A DNA stretch of 64,000 nucleotides. Source: Rubripirellula sp. Its GTDB lineage: Bacteria; Planctomycetota; Planctomycetia; Pirellulales; Pirellulaceae. The notes under the pieces were generated by a model, which ran no database searches, was not told the origin of the DNA, and saw only the letters and a list, made by a program, of their open reading frames with translations. The stretch lies in NCBI GenBank assembly GCA_965216875.1, contig OZ244207.1:2368001-2432000 (forward strand), read 5' to 3'. Shown here piece by piece: positions 60,713-64,000 of the stretch; position 1 is the stretch's first letter, and every line of letters begins with the position of its first letter. A program made the position numbers and the translations under genes.

Positions 60713-63376
60713 CTAGTTTGAGCGATGCTCGTCGAGCCACTGAGTCCATTCCGGGACCGACTCGGGCGCCAGCACTGGCGTTGGTAGAGGTGGTAGTTTC
60801 TTGCTGCCAGGTGCGCCCGGTTCCTGCGCACGAACGGTCAGCACTCCATTCATGTCGACTTCAAAGCCGATCATCCTTGTTCGACTGATGCGATTGGAAC
60901 TCGGATCCTTGATGTCGAAATCGTAGCGACCCAGCGAATGCCAGTCATCACTTTCGACGCCGGATGATTCGACCAGTGACAACGTCATCGTTTCGCGGCT
61001 CTTGCCCACCGTCAACCGCCGATTGGTGCGGGCAGGCAACGAGGTGCCCTTGGGAATGATTGGCAAGATACGCCTGCGTCCGCGCACGTCTTCGACCACA
61101 ATCCCAATCGATTGACTGGTGATGCAGCGCGGTGGCATCGCGATGTCGCCGCGACCGGGAAGCTCACCCGCCAGACAGGCGGCGGCACCTTGAGCCACGT
61201 CCGCGCGATCAATCGATTTACACTCGGTCGACTCATCAAGCCCGCGGAGCATGGCGTCGCGAACCTCGGTGATCCGAAGCAGCGGGCCGCACGTGACACA
61301 AATGTCGAAATCGAGCAACGACAACTTCGCCTGATTGCACGCCTTCATGATCGACTTGCGCACTCCAACCACTAAGTCGTCACAGGCGTCAAGCCATTGT
61401 TGACGGGTGATGGTGACCGAAAGGCGTCCGTTAGGCACTTCGATCCCGACATCCACTTGTGGCATCAGCAACAACGAGTTCATCCCTTTTTCGCACGCGA
61501 TTTGCAAACGCGACGCCGAAAGGATCGACTTCCGCGGATCAAAACAGTGCTGCTCGTTGAACGCCTCGGCAGTGAGATCGACCAGCCGTTGCAACCAAGG
61601 AAGCGTCCCCATGTGCCAATGTCCGGCAGTCGCCAATTGGTGCAATCGCGAAGAATCGCGGCGGATGACCGAGACCTCGGTCGCTTGCCCCGTCACCCCT
61701 ACAAAGAGGATGTTTTGATCGGCATCGTGTTGCAACGAGGGGGCCGAGTCGGACGGATCGATCTCGGGTGCCAACAGCAATGTTTGCACCGCCGCGATCG
61801 AACGGTCAACCAATCGCACCGATTTCAGCCCGGCCATCTTCGCCGCCTGCAAGACGCTGCGCCGATGCAGTTGGTCGTAGCTGGCCGGGACCGTGATTGC
61901 AGCCGCGTCGGGCTGCGTCTTCCCAGGCCATGCATTGTCTTTCATTTGCCGCAGCACCATCGCAAGCAAAACTTCGGGCGGGCATCGCCGACCCGCGATA
62001 CTGCGCTCGACCACTTCTTTGCCGATGTACATTGGCAGACAGTGAACGAGGTTCTGAGGATGCTGGGCACGTCGCTCTATCGCGTGGTTGCCGAAATAGA
62101 GTTTGTCCTCGCCGCTTGCAACCGCCATGCGAAACAGGGCACGGTTGTCGGTCCCCGCCTTGAGCAGCGTCACGCCGCCTGTAGGCGAAGCCTCGGCCGC
62201 CGACGAGTAGAACATGCCAAGGTCAAAGGCCAGCACACGCTGGGTCGCCCCGGACGTCGAGCCACCCGAGTAAGTCGTGACGTCGCCATCAGTCTGTCGT
62301 TGGCTCAATTCGGCCAACCAAAGGGGCGCATCAGAGTTGTCGGTGTACTCGCTTAGGTCATCGACCACTTCGTCTAAGGACGCGTACCGTTGATCCGGCG
62401 ACTTGGCCATCATCCGGCGAAAGACATTGGCAAATTTGAGATCAACGTCGTCACGCGTCTGCATCAAGTCGGGGATCTCACCATGGCGATGACCGTAGAC
62501 TTGATCGAGATATTCACCGGTGTAAGGCGGACGACTGGTCAACAAAAAGTAAAGCGTTGCACCGAGCGAATAGATATCACTTCGTGGGTCGACCGTGTCG
62601 GGATCCTCGAGTTGTTCCGGTGACATGAAGGGAAGGGTGCCAACCAATCGACCCTTTCGTTTGGTTGCGTCAATATCCGACCCGGTGTCAATCAATTCGC
62701 CATCTTCGTTAAGCAACCCAACCGAACTGATTCGCGCCAATCCGAGATCGAGAATCTTCACGGTACCATCAGCGGCACGCATCAAGTTGCCTGGTTTGAC
62801 GTCGCGATGGACGATCCCCGCGCGGTGAGCGTGGAGGAGTCCGAGTGCCGCTTGCCGGATAACGGAAGCAGCTTCGCCAACCGAGAGTGGCCCGTTCTTG
62901 GAAACGACCTTGGTGAGCGTCATCCCATCGACGTATTCCATCGCAAGGTAGTGGACGCCGTTTTCTTCTCCCGCGTCAAAGGCCGCGACGATGTTCGGAT
63001 GCATCAGTCGGGACGCTGCACGCACTTCTTCGTAGAAGCGACTGACCGCGTCTTCATCCTTCATGCGATCAACGGGCAACATCTTGATGGCGACCACACG
63101 CTGCATTCGCACGTGTTCGGCAAGAAAGACTTGCCCCATGCCACCTGATCCGACCAGCTTTTTCAGCGAATAGTCACCAATTTGCTGTGGGATCGCGTCG
63201 ATCCCTGATTCGTCAAATGTCGCCGCAAGTTGAAACGATTCATCCCCCTCTCCAACACTCGCGATGTCGCGAGTCGGTTCGTCGGGGATCGGATAGTTGT
63301 TGCTTGAGGGTTCGGTCAATTTCGAATCGGCGGCGCAGGGTTGCTCGGAGGAGCCAAAAAACGCGTTTGCAGACAA
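60713..63376 (-). CDS. Ser/Thr protein kinase fused to an Hsp70/DnaK-like domain
   Basis: GSGGMG, VAIK, HRDVKPGN, DLG, GTLPFMSPE; then AFDLG, AITVPASY, AAKMAGL, VAQGAA, IIPKGTSLPA, FEVDMNGVLTV. Confidence 0.88.
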   Translation of the reverse strand: MSANAFFGSSEQPCAADSKLTEPSSNNYPIPDEPTRDIASVGEGDESFQLAATFDESGIDAIPQQIGDYSLKKLVGSGGMGQVFLAEHVRMQRVVAIKMLPVDRMKDEDAVSRFYEEVRAASRLMHPNIVAAFDAGEENGVHYLAMEYVDGMTLTKVVSKNGPLSVGEAASVIRQAALGLLHAHRAGIVHRDVKPGNLMRAADGTVKILDLGLARISSVGLLNEDGELIDTGSDIDATKRKGRLVGTLPFMSPEQLEDPDTVDPRSDIYSLGATLYFLLTSRPPYTGEYLDQVYGHRHGEIPDLMQTRDDVDLKFANVFRRMMAKSPDQRYASLDEVVDDLSEYTDNSDAPLWLAELSQRQTDGDVTTYSGGSTSGATQRVLAFDLGMFYSSAAEASPTGGVTLLKAGTDNRALFRMAVASGEDKLYFGNHAIERRAQHPQNLVHCLPMYIGKEVVERSIAGRRCPPEVLLAMVLRQMKDNAWPGKTQPDAAAITVPASYDQLHRRSVLQAAKMAGLKSVRLVDRSIAAVQTLLLAPEIDPSDSAPSLQHDADQNILFVGVTGQATEVSVIRRDSSRLHQLATAGHWHMGTLPWLQRLVDLTAEAFNEQHCFDPRKSILSASRLQIACEKGMNSLLLMPQVDVGIEVPNGRLSVTITRQQWLDACDDLVVGVRKSIMKACNQAKLSLLDFDICVTCGPLLRITEVRDAMLRGLDESTECKSIDRADVAQGAAACLAGELPGRGDIAMPPRCITSQSIGIVVEDVRGRRRILPIIPKGTSLPARTNRRLTVGKSRETMTLSLVESSGVESDDWHSLGRYDFDIKDPSSNRISRTRMIGFEVDMNGVLTVRAQEPGAPGSKKLPPLPTPVLAPESVPEWTQWLDEHRSN

Positions 63377-63662
63377 GGTGAAAAGTCGCCCACGGCACGT
63401 GTGAATTCAGCCGAGACGCCGAATTTCAGGGTGCTGCTGTCGGGACACTGCCGCCTGCAGTCCCCGTTCGATGCGTGGAACAAATCGATGAAGTTCGATA
63501 TAAGAGTAGAACTCGTATTATATGCGTCTGTACACGTAATCCCCTCTCACTATTTGTTCACCTTGCTGGCTGTTTTGATACCGCCACCTCCGATAATTCT
63601 GGTTTTTCTGGCCGATCGGAGGCGTCCCCAGATCATGTTGGCCAGCTGAGTTGGAGTTTTCA

Positions 63663-64000
63663 TTGCCTGAGTCATCCCAAGGCCCCAAAGAGTCCGCACC
63701 AATAGTACGCGTCGGCACGCGGCAAAGTCCGCTTGCAATTTGGCAGGCAGAAAACATTTCTGGCCGATTAATCGAACTGGGGCTCCAAACGGAACTTATC
63801 CCCCTCGTTAGTGGCGGGGACACCGACATGCGGCCCATCGATGGGACGCGCCAAATTGGTGTCTTTACCAAACGAATTCAGCAGGCACTTGTGGAATGCG
63901 AAGCCGACATCGCAGTCCACTCGCTCAAGGACCTTCCGACCGAATCCGATTCCAGATTTACGCTCGCCGCCGTCCCCGCGCGCGAGGTCGTCCCCGATAG
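63663..64000 (+). CDS. hemC: Hydroxymethylbilane synthase (porphobilinogen deaminase), 5' partial
   Basis: Read manually: TTG 63663 after [19 protein letters not shown]...GGD...[11 protein letters not shown]...[12 protein letters not shown]; runs off the window end. Confidence 0.92.
   Translation, partial: MPESSQGPKESAPIVRVGTRQSPLAIWQAENISGRLIELGLQTELIPLVSGGDTDMRPIDGTRQIGVFTKRIQQALVECEADIAVHSLKDLPTESDSRFTLAAVPAREVVPD

Noticed and set aside
61397..62356. 319-aa antisense ORF (also 41692-42594, 56622-57482, 24645-25412, 22311-23090)
   Set aside because: Each overlaps a well-supported gene on the opposite strand over most or all of its length and shows no protein-family features

Overview
Bacterial chromosomal window, most likely from a planctomycete (Pirellulaceae-like). 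This is inferred from planctomycete cytochrome-c/DUF1549-DUF1553 and DUF1592-DUF1552 gene pairs, DUF1501, a sulfatase, a TIGR02996-like motif and giant Ser/Thr kinases. Housekeeping genes include rplY-pth-rpsF-ssb-rplI, tRNA-Leu(TAG), scpB, sucCD, queE/queF, mqnB/mqnD, slyX, a P-II protein and the start of hemC. The window also holds carbohydrate and sulfate catabolic genes, three clustered outer-membrane beta-barrel genes and at least six families of REP-like intergenic palindromes, with no transposase or CRISPR array. The most interesting candidate system is a translationally coupled three-gene operon at 10067-13152. It encodes a small unknown protein and two different glycosyltransferase-like enzymes that share an N-terminal four-cysteine domain I do not recognise. 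It lies downstream of a kinase-STAND-NTPase-FGE giant, an orphan vWA gene and a GAF-GGDEF gene. Other leads are a twin-hairpin sRNA/leader with identical CUGCCCC loops, a kinase-degenerate Hsp70 fusion, a TIGR02996/terminase-like chimera and head-to-head queE/queF with essentially no intergenic space. All family assignments come from motif recognition by eye, not database searches.
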